Assembly (NCBI RefSeq): GCF_016432865.1
Contig: NC_067400.1
Location: 502,572,001 to 502,636,000, forward strand
Direction of reading: 5' to 3'
Source: Antechinus flavipes
Taxonomy: Eukaryota
Length of the DNA stretch: 64,000 nt
The position numbers were made by a program, and so were the translations under genes. The notes below the pieces were generated by a model, which saw nothing but the letters and a program-made list of their open reading frames with translations, did not search any database and was not told the DNA's origin. Position 1 is the stretch's first letter; each line of letters begins with the position of its first letter. Positions 13,716 through 25,975 of this stretch are shown in pieces.

Positions 13716-14199
13716 CCCCAAGTTTTCATAAGAGGTCAGAAAAATTCTGAGCAGAGGTTACTGCCAAGGAAGACATGTCCAGGTAAAGTGCTCCAATAAT
13801 TTTTCCCCTTCCGTCCCAAGAACTAGGGGAATGGTAGCAAGAGAGAAATAGGCAGTAGGAGTGATCTAGAGTTTTTGCTCAGGGTAGTTTTGATGGTTCC
13901 AAGGTATTTTGCCGGTAGAAATTCCAATGGATTCACTAAGTGATGGCCCCAAAGTCACATCTACCTACCCTTGAAGTGCCATGACACTCAATCCATTTCT
14001 TTGGGGTGGAGGTAATATAAGAAAGAGTCACAAATCAAGATTGGCTTGAGCCGTAGGGCTCTCTTCCTATTATCTTGACCTTTTTGCAGGTTAATATCTC
14101 TGAGGTCCCTTTTATACTGTCTATCTCACTTCCTATTTGGAGCATCTTGCACCCTCATTGACTCTACCCTACACAGACTGGGCATGCTCAGTAGCTGGG

Positions 14200-14554
14200 T
14201 AGGCTTTGGTCGCCCAGTGGGAAGCCTTTGCACTCGCCGTGCCTGTGTCGGCTCCCTCCCCGCCAGGAGCCACCCAGGTTGCAGCCCAGCTCTGCTCTCC
14301 TCAGAATGACCCAGATTCTCGCTCCCGCCCAGCCTGCCTGGATCCAGTGCGGCATCTGAGGCGGCTGCTCTTCCCGTGCCTCGGGCACCCGGTGACAGAG
14401 TTGTTCTCTGCCGCTGCCACCGCGGAGAGCGAGCCAGCTGCTTAGAGAAGGCAGCGGGAGAGTGTGCAGTCTGGGGAGGCTCATTAAGGAGGGATGGAGA
14501 CAGGGCGGCCGCCCTATGGGACCAGTTTAACCTGCGGCAGTCTCCAGAACACAG
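14200..14554 (+). other. ELMOD1: ELMOD1 exon 1 (5' UTR; 5' boundary uncertain)
   Basis: Consensus donor CAG|GTGAGT at 14554/14555 inside the CpG island, upstream of the first coding exon. Assignment is inference without transcript data. Confidence 0.7.
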
Positions 14555-15100
14555 GTGAGTGCTGGTGCTCTGGGGCCCAGAGCTGGGGAGGAGGGAAGAA
14601 GGCAACAGCAAGAAGGCGAATGCCCAAGAAAGAGAGGAGATGAGGAGGGGGGCGGGGAGAAGAAAGGAGCTGCAGTAGAAGTGGGACGCAGCACAAATCG
14701 CAAACTGGGTGCTGGAGAAAACATAATAGGGTGAGAACCGGGTTTCTGAATGGGATGGGTGGGGTAATAAAGCACTGGGTTTATCCGCTCTGCAGAGTGC
14801 AGTAGCGGGCAACATCTAACACCCTGACACTTCCAAAGAGCACGCACTGGGTTCCCCCAAATGTTGTCTGCAGGTTGGGGTGCCAGGTTGTTTCCAGTTC
14901 AGCCAGAGTGCAAGTCGCCTAGCGACAGGACAGTAAAGGATCCTGAAGGGGAAGGCGGGGTGTGGAGACAAGAAGAGATAACAGGGTGAAAGGAGGGCAA
15001 GGGGGCGTGGCCGGACCCAGGGTCCCTCAGCACCCCCTCTTCCCTAATCTGAGGTTTGCCAGGCTGTTGAGTTCACCGGCAGTTGGTGAAGGAAATCGGG
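14200..15100. promoter_or_regulatory. CpG island / ELMOD1 promoter
   Basis: Only GC- and CpG-rich stretch in an otherwise CpG-depleted window. Contains Sp/KLF-type GC boxes (e.g. GGGGGCGTGGC at 15001-15011) and a strong donor at 14554/14555. Confidence 0.85.
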
Positions 15101-17705
15101 AAGCTAATTAGCTTCTAACCCTGAAGCTTGTGATTTCTGAGGTTACCTGCTTAAAGAGTTTCAAGGCTGAAACTACCTGCTGGAAATAATATCTCTTCTT
15201 TCCTAGGGCAGATAGAATTGGAAGAAGCTTGTGAGTAGGGCTGGATGACTGGTCCTTAAAGCAAGGGTGTGTGTTTGGGAGGGATTGTGTTTTATTATTG
15301 GGTGTTCGTGTTTTTAAAGTATAGGTGTCGGCATTGCTTTACTCACAGAGGAATTGCTAATCCTCTCTGTGTTGCACCCTGAAAGACACCTTATAAATAT
15401 TGTAGGAATGCCCTCTCTATCTTTCTGTAAGAGTTTAATCAGTAGATTTATGCCCATTTTTCTGCACTGAATAGTCAGGGTCAACTTCTCCCCAGAGCTT
15501 TCAGCTTTCTGAATTCGAGGAAACTCCTAGGTTAAGGAGAGAGGGCTATCGCTTACCAGTAACCCTCTCCTCCAAATCCTAGCCTAATAGGCAAATTAAA
15601 AGGAGGCAAGTCTTGGGCTGATCTCCAGGCTCTGCTCCGCAGCTCCGCAGTGTGTGCGTGTTTGTGTTACTAGCTTGACAACTGTCCTTAACAGGAGCTA
15701 CCAACATGGTGGAAAGCAGGTAGTGTGTGGTTGATGTTGCTGACTAGACGAACATCTTTTTTATGCATGTTTTTCTTTTGATATCATATGGTAACAATGT
15801 GACTAAGTCATATTCAGCTCAGAAGTTGCTCCACAGTCAACCAGACAGGAACCTTCTTCAGTGCAATCTTTTTTACTTTGGTTACAGAGTCTAAATGTAT
15901 TTGGACAGGAATGAGAAATGCCATCCTTCTCAGTAATTGCATGGATTGTTCTGCCTAAATAGTGCAGGAAGGGCCAATTAATGCCAAGCACCTTCATGTT
16001 AAAAACAAAGGACTGTAGGGTATATTTTCTTCTATTTGCCTTAATTTCCGTTGCACCATTGCTATGAATTAATTAGCAAACAGGCAAATGCGGATGCTCT
16101 TTTTTCTTAATGTGGCCCTACCATGGAAGGATTTGGTTTTTCCTTTCAAAAAGATAGGTACACAACACCACCACCCCCAGAAGACCTGTGCAGAATTTTT
16201 CTGTTGTGTTTGATGTTCAGTCTCTGGTTAAATATGATAATAAAACAATAGCTTTGTCTTGACTATCAGCCCATAAATAGTTCAACTGAAATGCTTCAGT
16301 TTACAGATGCCCTTGTTAAGAGACCCATCTTCCAACAAAGATCACTGTAAATAAATGATGTGATGTTTCCTTGGCAGTTTTTTTCCCTGCCAATATGTGT
16401 ATTTGTATAACATAGATCTTCAGTCTTGATAAATGAAGCTATTTTGCACACCTCCTATTGGGAAGAAAATCACTGAAATAATTTTCTATGAGGAAAACAC
16501 TTGGGGTAGTCTTAGAATTATTTTAAAAACAAGAACCTTCCAAATTATTAATTATTGTTAAATAATGTAACCTTGATAAATGGCTGCTATCTAAACGTAG
16601 AATTAACAGAAAGGAGACTATACATTTTAATCACTTCATAAAATATTTGGTTTTCAAAATAAGGTTTATAAAAATAAAAAAAAAAACTTAACCCTGTTTC
16701 TGCTTCTGAAGCCAGGAGGGTATTATTAAATAGGAATTCTGTAGAATTAGAAGTGCGTGTATGAAGAGGCCACATTCTAAACAGTGTTAACTAAAGACAT
16801 TTTTCTTAATGTATTTTCCACACAACAACTTTGTACGGCAAGTATTATTATCCCATTTTATAGAAGAGGAAACAGACTCACAGAGGATAAAAGGATCACA
16901 CAACTAGACCTGGTTCAGAGTCTAGTATTTTCATTACCAAGCCACACTCTCCAAAAAGACATTAAAAAATTAAAACAGTTCAATTCAATAATTTAACTCA
17001 AGAACCCAAATATCTTGTCCAATTTACTTGGAGTCCTTGTGATTGGAGCCTCATACTTGTTTAACCTATAGTCAGTCCTTTTCTCCAAGTTTTGAACTTA
17101 CAAGAAATGGTTTAAATGTCAGGGCCAATGCCTCCTTCTTATCACATTTCTTTTTATGGCTTGTATAGCCTCATTTGAAATTGCCTATGGGAAATCTCAG
17201 AATATATCTTGAGCATAGTTTGTGCCTATGCATTTACATATGTAGGTAAAAGAATCTCCAGTCCCTATACAAGCATTCAAGGTAACAATTTATATATTGA
17301 ACACAGGATAGATTTTATTACACTCCATAGAAAATGTAGAAAACACATAAAGGACTTCAGAAACCCACAAACTATCGAGGAAAGATAGGTGAATCCTATC
17401 TTTCCTCAAGGTCTTACATCCAGAATATAGAATCCTCTTAGAAAAGAAATTATCCCAGGATAACATTCCATTTTATTCTGTGGGCTAAACTCTTCCCAGA
17501 AAGAAAATGATTTGTAGTTGCCAGCCTTTTCCCCATTGCACCTATGTAATAGGATAATGTAATCTGGACCAAGGACAAAATCCAGACCTTCTCTTCATAT
17601 AATAATTTTTCTAGCCCCAAAGATCATGTGTGTGATCCTTTTTTTTTTCTTTCTCATGATTCTTAGAAGCTCTCATTCTTTCTCTAGAAAACTAAAACTC
17701 TGAAC

Positions 17706-17848
17706 NNNNNNNNNNNNNNNNNNNNNNNNNNNNNNNNNNNNNNNNNNNNNNNNNNNNNNNNNNNNNNNNNNNNNNNNNNNNNNNNNNNNNNNNNNNNNNN
17801 NNNNNNNNNNNNNNNNNNNNNNNNNNNNNNNNNNNNNNNNNNNNNNNN
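17706..17848. other. Assembly gap (143 N)
   Basis: Run of N. Confidence 1.
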
Positions 17849-18969
17849 CTCTTTAAAAGTCTGGAGTTCAGGAACTCTTGTCATTTAACCATAGGGTTCT
17901 CTCCTCTTTGGGTGCCACCTCTTCGATTGAAGGATTATACTACTTCCTTTCCAAGTCCAGAGATAAGAATTTGAGATCAAGAATTCCTTTTGAACCTGGT
18001 GCCCATGCAGATTCCATGTGCCTATGTTTCAAGGGAGTCATCATTGGCTCTTAGATAGAAAACAACTAATGCCAATCATCACCAATCTAAGAATATTGAT
18101 CTAAGATCTTTTTCTTTTGTGTTCCAGTCCTGCCTTAAAAAAGGAGAAAAGTCCCTAAATTTATGCCTGAAATTTTCCATTTTATAGACCAGAACAAAGG
18201 AGATAGCTTCTCCTATAATGCCTTTCCCATAATAATTTGAGTCACAAAATTCATCTGTATTCTCTTAGTTCCATTATCAACAATAGCCAACAAAAGTCAT
18301 TGATATAAGATCAGATTGATCAGGGAACTACCTGAGTTACCCCCCAAGACTTATCCATATCCTTTTCAAAAAAAGTAACCGTGAGCATGTACACAGCTTT
18401 CAAAATCCCCAAGGTCCCCTCAGCTATATCTTGTCAAGGTAAACAAGGATCTCCCCAATCAACCCCCTACCTATCTATTACTAGCAATCATCTATTTGAA
18501 GGCACTGCCATACAAGCAATCAGGTATCTCAACATTCCTCCATCACATTCCATTTAAATCTTTACCAACTCACCAGAAATATTTCCTTCCTCCTTTGAAG
18601 GTCATGGTTAGGTATAGGGACTGGGCTAGAGCATAAATCATTGCTAATCTGGAATTAATTTGGGCAGTTCAAACCATTACAATTGTGTTTAAATGGATTA
18701 ATTTCAGGCCTTAAAATAGGCAAATTAAATATTAATCGATGTTAGTTGCCCTCTATTTCTTTAAGGAAAATAGTTTCTATAATGTGAGTAAGTTTAATAA
18801 GTACATATGAAACATCACATATAATATGTATATAAAGCATTTTGGTCTTCAATTTTGGGATCAAAAGTCAATCAAATATAATATTGTAGCTATTTATTTG
18901 AGGAAGTGATCAGAATATATAAAGTCCAGAGATAATATGGACTGGCATGTTTAATGTTCAAATGATGAT

Positions 18970-19245
18970 AGCAATGATGATGATGATAGCAAACATTTAT
19001 ATATTATCCACTGTGTGCTAGACACTGTTAAATATTTTACAAATATTATCTCATTTGATCTTCACCACAATCCTGAGAGGTAAGTGCTATTATTACACCA
19101 TTTTAGAAAGAGGAAATTGAAACAAATGGGGTTAAATGACTTGCCCAGAGTCACACAACTAGTAAGTGCCTAGATCAGCATTCGAACTCGGATTTTTCTG
19201 ATGCTAGTCCAGATCTCTATCCAGTGAACCACTTGAATGCCCTCA
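18970..19245 (-). mobile_element. Near full-length MIR/Ther1 SINE
   Basis: ttatctcatttgatcttcaccacaatcctg...ggggttaaatgacttgcccagagtcacacaactagtaagtg. Confidence 0.85.
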
Positions 19246-19254
19246 AATAAATAC

Positions 19255-20235
19255 AAATGTATTAATATGTTCAAGACACTGGGTCAAATTCTGGGTTGGG
19301 GGATTGGAGGAATGACACAATTTCCGCCTTCAAGGATCCTAAAGTTTAATTAAAGGATAGGGAATAGCCCAAAGGAAAAGTCCAAAGAAAGCAATTAAGA
19401 AGTTCTCAGGAAGGTCATTTTTAGACCTCACTTTCAGGGGTTGTATTAAAGAAGTCTTCTTGGACAAAAGGAAATTTGAACTGTGCCTTGAAGGTAGAAA
19501 GGGATTTCAACCGGTAAAAAATGTGGTAGTGATGATTTCCAGACATGGGACACTGAGAGATGGTGTGTTTAATTTTGGGAATATCTGGCAGTCCTTTGGC
19601 AAATATGCAGAATGCGTGTAAGGAAGTAATATGAAATTTTAAGTTAGCTATCTAAAATTGCTTACCATCTCATGGGAGAGAAGGAGGAAAAGAAGGAAGA
19701 GAGAAAATTTGGAACTCAAAAGAATTTTTTAAATGAATGATAAAAAGTGTCTTTACATGTAATTGGGAAAAATATTTTTTTTTAAAAAGGGAAAGTTAGG
19801 GTTAGAATTTTCAGGGCCTTAAATACCAGGTTTAGGAGTTAATATTTTTTCTTATATGTAGTGATTAGCAATTGAAGGATTATGAGTAGCAAAGTGCCAA
19901 AGTCAGCCTTGTAAGTTTTAGTAAGATTATTTTGTATCTGTGGAAAGGTTGAAGAGGGGAGATACAGTAAAGCAGTAAAAAAGAATAAAGCAGTAAAGTA
20001 GCAGGAGGCTATTAGAGTAGACCAGATGGGTGGTAATGAAGGTCCAAAGTAAGGTAGTGACAACATAAGTGGAAGGAGATAATAGATATACAAGAGACTG
20101 CAGATATTTTTTTTTAATGGATGAGACTTGGCAATGATTAGACATGGGGAATGGGGGGTGGGGAGAAGATGAAAAAGAGAGTTGGAAATTGAGAGCCTGT
20201 GTGACAGATGATGGTGCCATCAACAGAGATAGTGG
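19255..20235 (-). mobile_element. LINE2 remnant interrupted by a + strand L1 3' tail (about 19640-19790)
   Basis: L2-like motifs (gagacttggcaatgattagacatggg; atggtgccatcaacagag) flank gaaaatttggaactcaaa...tttacatgtaattggg, an L1 terminus. Confidence 0.65.
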
Positions 20236-20440
20236 TTGTGTTGTTTTTTCAATAGCAAATGAGGCATTGGTTTAGTCCAAAGTTCCAGTTTGGTCCTGCT
20301 CCCTGTAAAAAAGATATTGATGGTTAGAAAGGGGATGCAATGTAGGATTTGCAGGAATAATGATTTGTGGAAAATAAGCAGATGCTTATAGTATCAGAGA
20401 GTACCCATTCAGAATGAGTAAACACAGTTAGTTCTAAACA

Positions 20441-20449
20441 TAGACAGAT

Positions 20450-20491
<42 letters not shown>

Positions 20492-20520
20492 TAGATGTAG
20501 ATATAAATGTATGTATGTAT
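20441..20520. repeat. Compound (GATA)n/(GA)n/(TATG)n microsatellite
   Basis: Directly visible. Confidence 0.9.
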
Positions 20521-22863
20521 ATCACGTTATGCTTCAGAACTATAGCACTATGTTAATAAGAGAAGGAAAATTTTAAAAAAAGCTGAATTTTAGTGGCTGT
20601 CCAGGCAGGAATGAACAATTAACAAATTCATCAGCCATCCACTTTCATTTCTGGCCTCAACTCTGATAATCTATGTGGATATCAATTCTTCTGACTCTCT
20701 GAACTTTTGATTTTATTAGTGTCCACCAGTAAATTATAGTGTATTTGATTTTCAACAAATTGTTTTTCACTGTAAGGATTTAGGCTCATTCAGTATTATA
20801 AGTATCACATGTTGACACATTCTAAGGAATCTTAAGCTAAGACTTACCTTAAGTATATTAAGTTAAAAACAGAGCCTTAAGTTAATTAATAACTTTCCCT
20901 AAAAATAGAAATAGACTCTTAATTCATGATTATGTTAGTTGTCTTTCCTATGTGATAATTTTTTATCACTGGGATTAGACAATTTGAATAATTTTTTCAT
21001 GTCTTAGTTATACCCAGATGAAAAAGAAGCAACCAAGACTTAATTGACTTTGTTCAATTTGTTGATTGTATTAAAAGACATTGAAGAAATTTTTTCAAAA
21101 TAAATTCATATTCTAAATTTTACAAAAGCAAAATTTAACATGGTAATATCTCTAAGGTTAACTTAAGTAGACTAATGCACTCTAACGAAGCCCATATCCT
21201 TTTTTAAGGAATAGCAAAAATAGGTCCAAAAAAAGAAACTTTAGAATTAAGGGTAAATAAATATTTGTTAAGATGAATTAAATAATATTTAAAATATTCT
21301 GTTCCTTTTTCCCCCTAACTCAGAAAGCTAATGGGAGTCAGAAAGCTAATAAGGTCTATATTTTCTGTGTGACCTTGGGTGAACCATTTATTTCTTGATC
21401 CTTTTTTTTTAATTCAGAAAATGGAAGGTAAATAATTTTTCCCTAAAATACTATTTTACATGCATGTCTGTCTCTATGAAATAAACTGTAAATCCTGATG
21501 CTTTCTGATACGATCAGCACCATTCTTAATAGGATTGGAGTAAGTTTGAATGACATCTATCTGCTCCAGAGTCTTTAGACAAAATTTTTTCATATAATTT
21601 CATGGTGTTTTGTCACATTTCCCTTTTTAATTCTTTCAGTGCTGAAGAAGGTAAATGCTTAAGGATTCTTATTTATTTATTTAAAAAGAAAAGTTTCAAC
21701 AGGCCTATGTGCCAAAATTTCAAGGCCATTTGATTTTAACTTTCAATATAATTTGAAAATAATTTCTATTAGTACTAATTCTCAGAATGGGTGCTTGGTT
21801 AATTAGACTGTTTGATATAGGAATCTATACAAATTGGGTAACCCTTAAGAGATATTCTTTTGCATAAATAATGAAAAAATACTGTGATTTGGTCCCTGTT
21901 GATACATTGTTTTCTTTTTCTCCCCATAGATGTTGTTTAATTTTTATAACTATTTCCAATGATGCTATCCTCTGCTCCAAAATTTACCTTATTTCACCAT
22001 CCAATTAATATAACAAACATCAGACTACATCTCCAGAATTAATTAAAATGTAGGCTTATTATCTTTTCAAGTGAAAAAGAATAATTTAAAAATTCTTTTC
22101 AGAATTTAGGAGCCAAATTTGTAGGATTTTATTTTTCAAGATAAATTTTAATATCAAATCTTTTTAATCTAGAATAAATCTAAGATGGCAGAATATGTCA
22201 GATACTTTTTTCTGAAACTTTTAAGAAGTTATATCAAATTAATTTGAAAAGAAATACATGTTTTCTATAATCATTATTCAGAATTGGAAAATGATCATCA
22301 GCAATTTCACTTAGTAATCATTTTTTATATAAGATCAAGATTTTAACTTGGATTCCATATGCTTCAATTTACTACTTCATGTATTTATAATCAATACAGA
22401 ATACTGTAGAACTTTGTAAATGGGATATATAATCATTCAGAAAAGACTCACCTAACTAATCACACAGGAAAAGCCAAATGTATAAATAATGCCTAGTAGT
22501 AAAATTATGGCATGTATTTATATAGGCAATCTATAGAGCTCATATGTACAAGTAGCTTGAACGTGTATCCTGGATGGAAAATGAACTACTCTCTAAAACA
22601 AAAGCTCATTTTTTTAAAACTATTCATATTTTTTTTTGGTAATGATCTATAGCTGGTTACAAGTGATCCAATATCATAGTACCCAAAAAAATAAAATTGT
22701 GTGTCAAATAAATTACAATAAAAAAGCTCATGGTAGTCATGAATAGCAAATGAATTTATTTATTTATTCTTGATAAAGAGATCATTTTTCCTTGATTGTG
22801 GACTCCTTGAGGTCAAGGACTATGTTTTTGCACATATTATATATATGTGAACTCCTTGAGGTC

Positions 22864-22992
22864 NNNNNNNNNNNNNNNNNNNNNNNNNNNNNNNNNNNNN
22901 NNNNNNNNNNNNNNNNNNNNNNNNNNNNNNNNNNNNNNNNNNNNNNNNNNNNNNNNNNNNNNNNNNNNNNNNNNNNNNNNNNNNNNNNNNNN
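22864..22992. other. Assembly gap (129 N)
   Basis: Run of N. Confidence 1.
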
Positions 22993-23336
22993 TGTTTAGT
23001 ACAGTACTTAACACAGATTAAGGACTTAATTTGTTGACTGACTGGATGAGGTAGTTTACAGACTCTTTTGTTCTTATTATGGCAGTTGTCCTATATCAAT
23101 TAAACTTCTTTAGAAAATTATTTTAATTTATGTCTATGTTTATTTCTCCATGTATTACCTGCCCCATATATTCCTCTCCTTTTTTTTTAATTCTCAGTTT
23201 GAATACTTTAAGTTGGATCTGTCATTATTCACTGTCTTTTTCTCATTTTGATATTTCCAGTTTTGTGATCTTTGCTCTTAATATGTTGGTGGTCTGACTA
23301 CATAGATAGCTAATTTAAACCTATCCCCTGTCAGTA

Positions 23337-23567
23337 AGGGCAGATAGGCATAGTTTGAAGTCAGGAAGACTCATCTTCCCAAAGTTCAAATCTGGCCTCA
23401 AACACTGAGTAGCTGTGTGATCTTGGACAAGTCACAATCTTGTTTGTCTCGATTCTCATGTGTAAAATGAGCTGAAAAAGGACATGGCAAATCACTCCAG
23501 TATCTTTGCCAAGAAAATTCCAAATGGAGTCATAAATAGACACAACTGAAATGATTCAACAACAACC
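23337..23567 (+). mobile_element. Mar1 SINE
   Basis: catggcaaatcactccagtatctttgccaagaaaa...caacaacaac tail. Confidence 0.85.
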
Positions 23568-24659
23568 TATATCAGTAATGAATATTTTCCTCTCCATCAT
23601 AATGTAATCTGTTTCATTTTTTGTTATTTTGTGCTCACTTTGTCCAATACCTCCCAATTTGTTTCTTGAAGAAAGTATTCATCATATATTGTTATTAAAT
23701 TCTTACTTTAAAAGTCTTTTGATTTCCTTCATTTCTTATTTCTGAGCCATATTTTCCAAAAATATTTTCTCTTTCCTTTCTTATGCCCACCTTTGCATTC
23801 AAATCACAAGTTCCAAAGAATATATTTATTTTATCTGGAGGATGTTTATCAAATTCTTCCTATAACTTCACTGTCTTATTTTCTTTAAGAAAAGTTGACA
23901 TTTAAGAAACAATTATCTTCATGGTAATATGTTTGGAGATGTTTATCAAGACTCTGAACTAAGCTGGAGATGTTTTAGTGTTTTTCTTTATTTCATGGAT
24001 TGTAATGACATGAATTCCAATAGCCTTTAGGACTAGAATAATACTATGAAGAGGAATCAGAGTCAGACTTATGTTCCAAGTATTGCCTATACTTAAGAAT
24101 CAAGGAAATGTGTCTGGTACATTTTAGAAGTAATTCCATTTAAAAAAAAAAAAAGAAAATAGAAATCAAATCATTCTAGTTCATAAAGAGTATAAGGAAG
24201 GCATGTGTATTTTATATTTGTTGATAATTATCTGCTAATATAATGTTTATGCAAAATATTTTTGATATTGCAAAGCAATAGAAATGTGATTCTGGAACAT
24301 TCTCCTTCTGGGGTTGTATAGAGAGGAGTTATCATATGGATAAGTAGATAAGGCTATTCAGCTGAGCCAGAAAAGACTTGCTCACTCACTTATGGATCCT
24401 CAGGATTTCTCAATCATCAGTGCTCTTCAAATTAACTGAGAATTGGGGATCCACAAAGTTTCATTTTCTGTTTAATATTCAATATATGCATTGAAAAAGA
24501 AGAGATGATTTTATACTAGCAATTGGAGGAAATACATAGGATTTCACAACTAATTGTGAGTGGAACGAGGGAATATTTTCTTAAAAACAATTTCCTGAAC
24601 ATGTCAGTTACAATTGATGTTTATACATATATATTGTGTCACTGTTTGACATTACAGTA

Positions 24660-24830
24660 TACTGGGAAGAGCACTGGGTCAAAAGAAAGGGGTTAAAATG
24701 TGGGCTCAGACATTATCTTTGTGACTTGTGCGAGTCACTTAACTGGTCTAGATTCTCATTTCCTCAATTGTAAAATGAAGTGATTGGTCTAGTTAATAGC
24801 AAAGTTCCCTTTCCTCTTTAAGTTTCTGAT
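24660..24830 (+). mobile_element. MIR3-like SINE
   Basis: gagtcacttaac...catttcctcaattgtaaaatgaag CORE. Confidence 0.6.
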
Positions 24831-25529
24831 TCTTTAATTTTAAAAGTAGAGTCATATGGATTCAAGGGAAGTTTCAGTGAAATGTTGGGTGATCATTCAT
24901 TCTTCTTGACCACATATATTCATAATTTCATGAATATGAGTACTAATGAGTACACATTTGTACTGACACTGATAGGAACTCCTCTCTATCCCCCTTAACA
25001 ATTTACATCTAAAGTGTAGGTTATAATAGTCCAGCTCCTTTATGTTATAGGCTCAGAAAGATGAAGCTTTATCCAAGGTGATTACTGTCAGAGCTAGGTT
25101 TTGAATTCCAGTCCTCTGACTCCATATTTATTGTTTCTCCATTCTTTTGTACCATAGCTTCATTTTAATATGTTAGACTAAGAAATGTTAGAAGCAGTAT
25201 AACCTACAACCCAGGGATTACTAGAAATGAGAGCCATTGTAACCTGAGTCAATATGACCTAAATGAGATAACCTTTACCTATTGGAGTAGAACACAGTGA
25301 GCAATCCTGTACTACTTTGGTTGTCCAGGAACCAGCAAGCATTTCTATGTTATCAAGGTAGTTTCTACCTCTCTCAAAAAGGAGAAATTTTCTTTTAAAA
25401 TATTCTAAAATTTTTCATTCATCCACACAATAGGGAAATGAGTTACTTATTATTTGTATTTCCCATTTATTGTATTTATTAAGAATATCTTGGTTTTGTG
25501 GCTTTCTTCCATATCTCTGCTTCCTGAAT

Positions 25530-25975
25530 TCTCAGAATTCCTTCAAGATTCCATTTAAATCCTACATTTGCTAGTGCTTTCTCTCTGATATTATCTCCAA
25601 TTATATATCTTGTACCTTTGCACGTCATGTCTTCCTTTAGAGTGTGACCTCAAAAACAGTTATTATATTTTTACCTATTTATGTACCCTGAGGACACAGC
25701 ATAATGCTTGGTATGCAGTAGTCTTTAATAAATGCTTGTTGATTAGCTGAATGTCATGGTAGACAAAATAAAAGTCAGAAAAACCTGGCTTCAAATACCA
25801 TATGTGACATCCATTATGTGGCCATAGCATGTCATTTAAACACTCTAAATCTGTTTCCTCATCTATAAAATGAGAATAATAATACCTGAGTAGCAAAATT
25901 CTTGAGGGTTTTTAATGAACTAATATATAGAAACATTTCACAAATTTTAAAACCTTTGTAAATGTCAACTATTAT
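25530..25975 (+). mobile_element. LINE2 3' end (to about 25750) followed by a MIR
   Basis: gtagtctttaataaatgcttgttgatt (L2 terminus), then ctgtttcctcatctataaaatgagaataataatacct (MIR). Confidence 0.65.

Noticed and set aside
1-14000. Exons or promoter of an upstream neighbour gene (ALKBH8 is the eutherian neighbour, from memory)
   Set aside because: No second CpG island and no recognisable coding exon on either strand.
14126-14815. 229-aa minus-strand ORF across the promoter (and the overlapping 79-106 aa ORFs)
   Set aside because: It lies in the GC-rich CpG island where stop codons are rare, has a weak start context and Ser/Pro/Ala/Leu low-complexity composition, and resembles no protein family I recognise. 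A PhyloCSF score or Ribo-seq signal would be needed.
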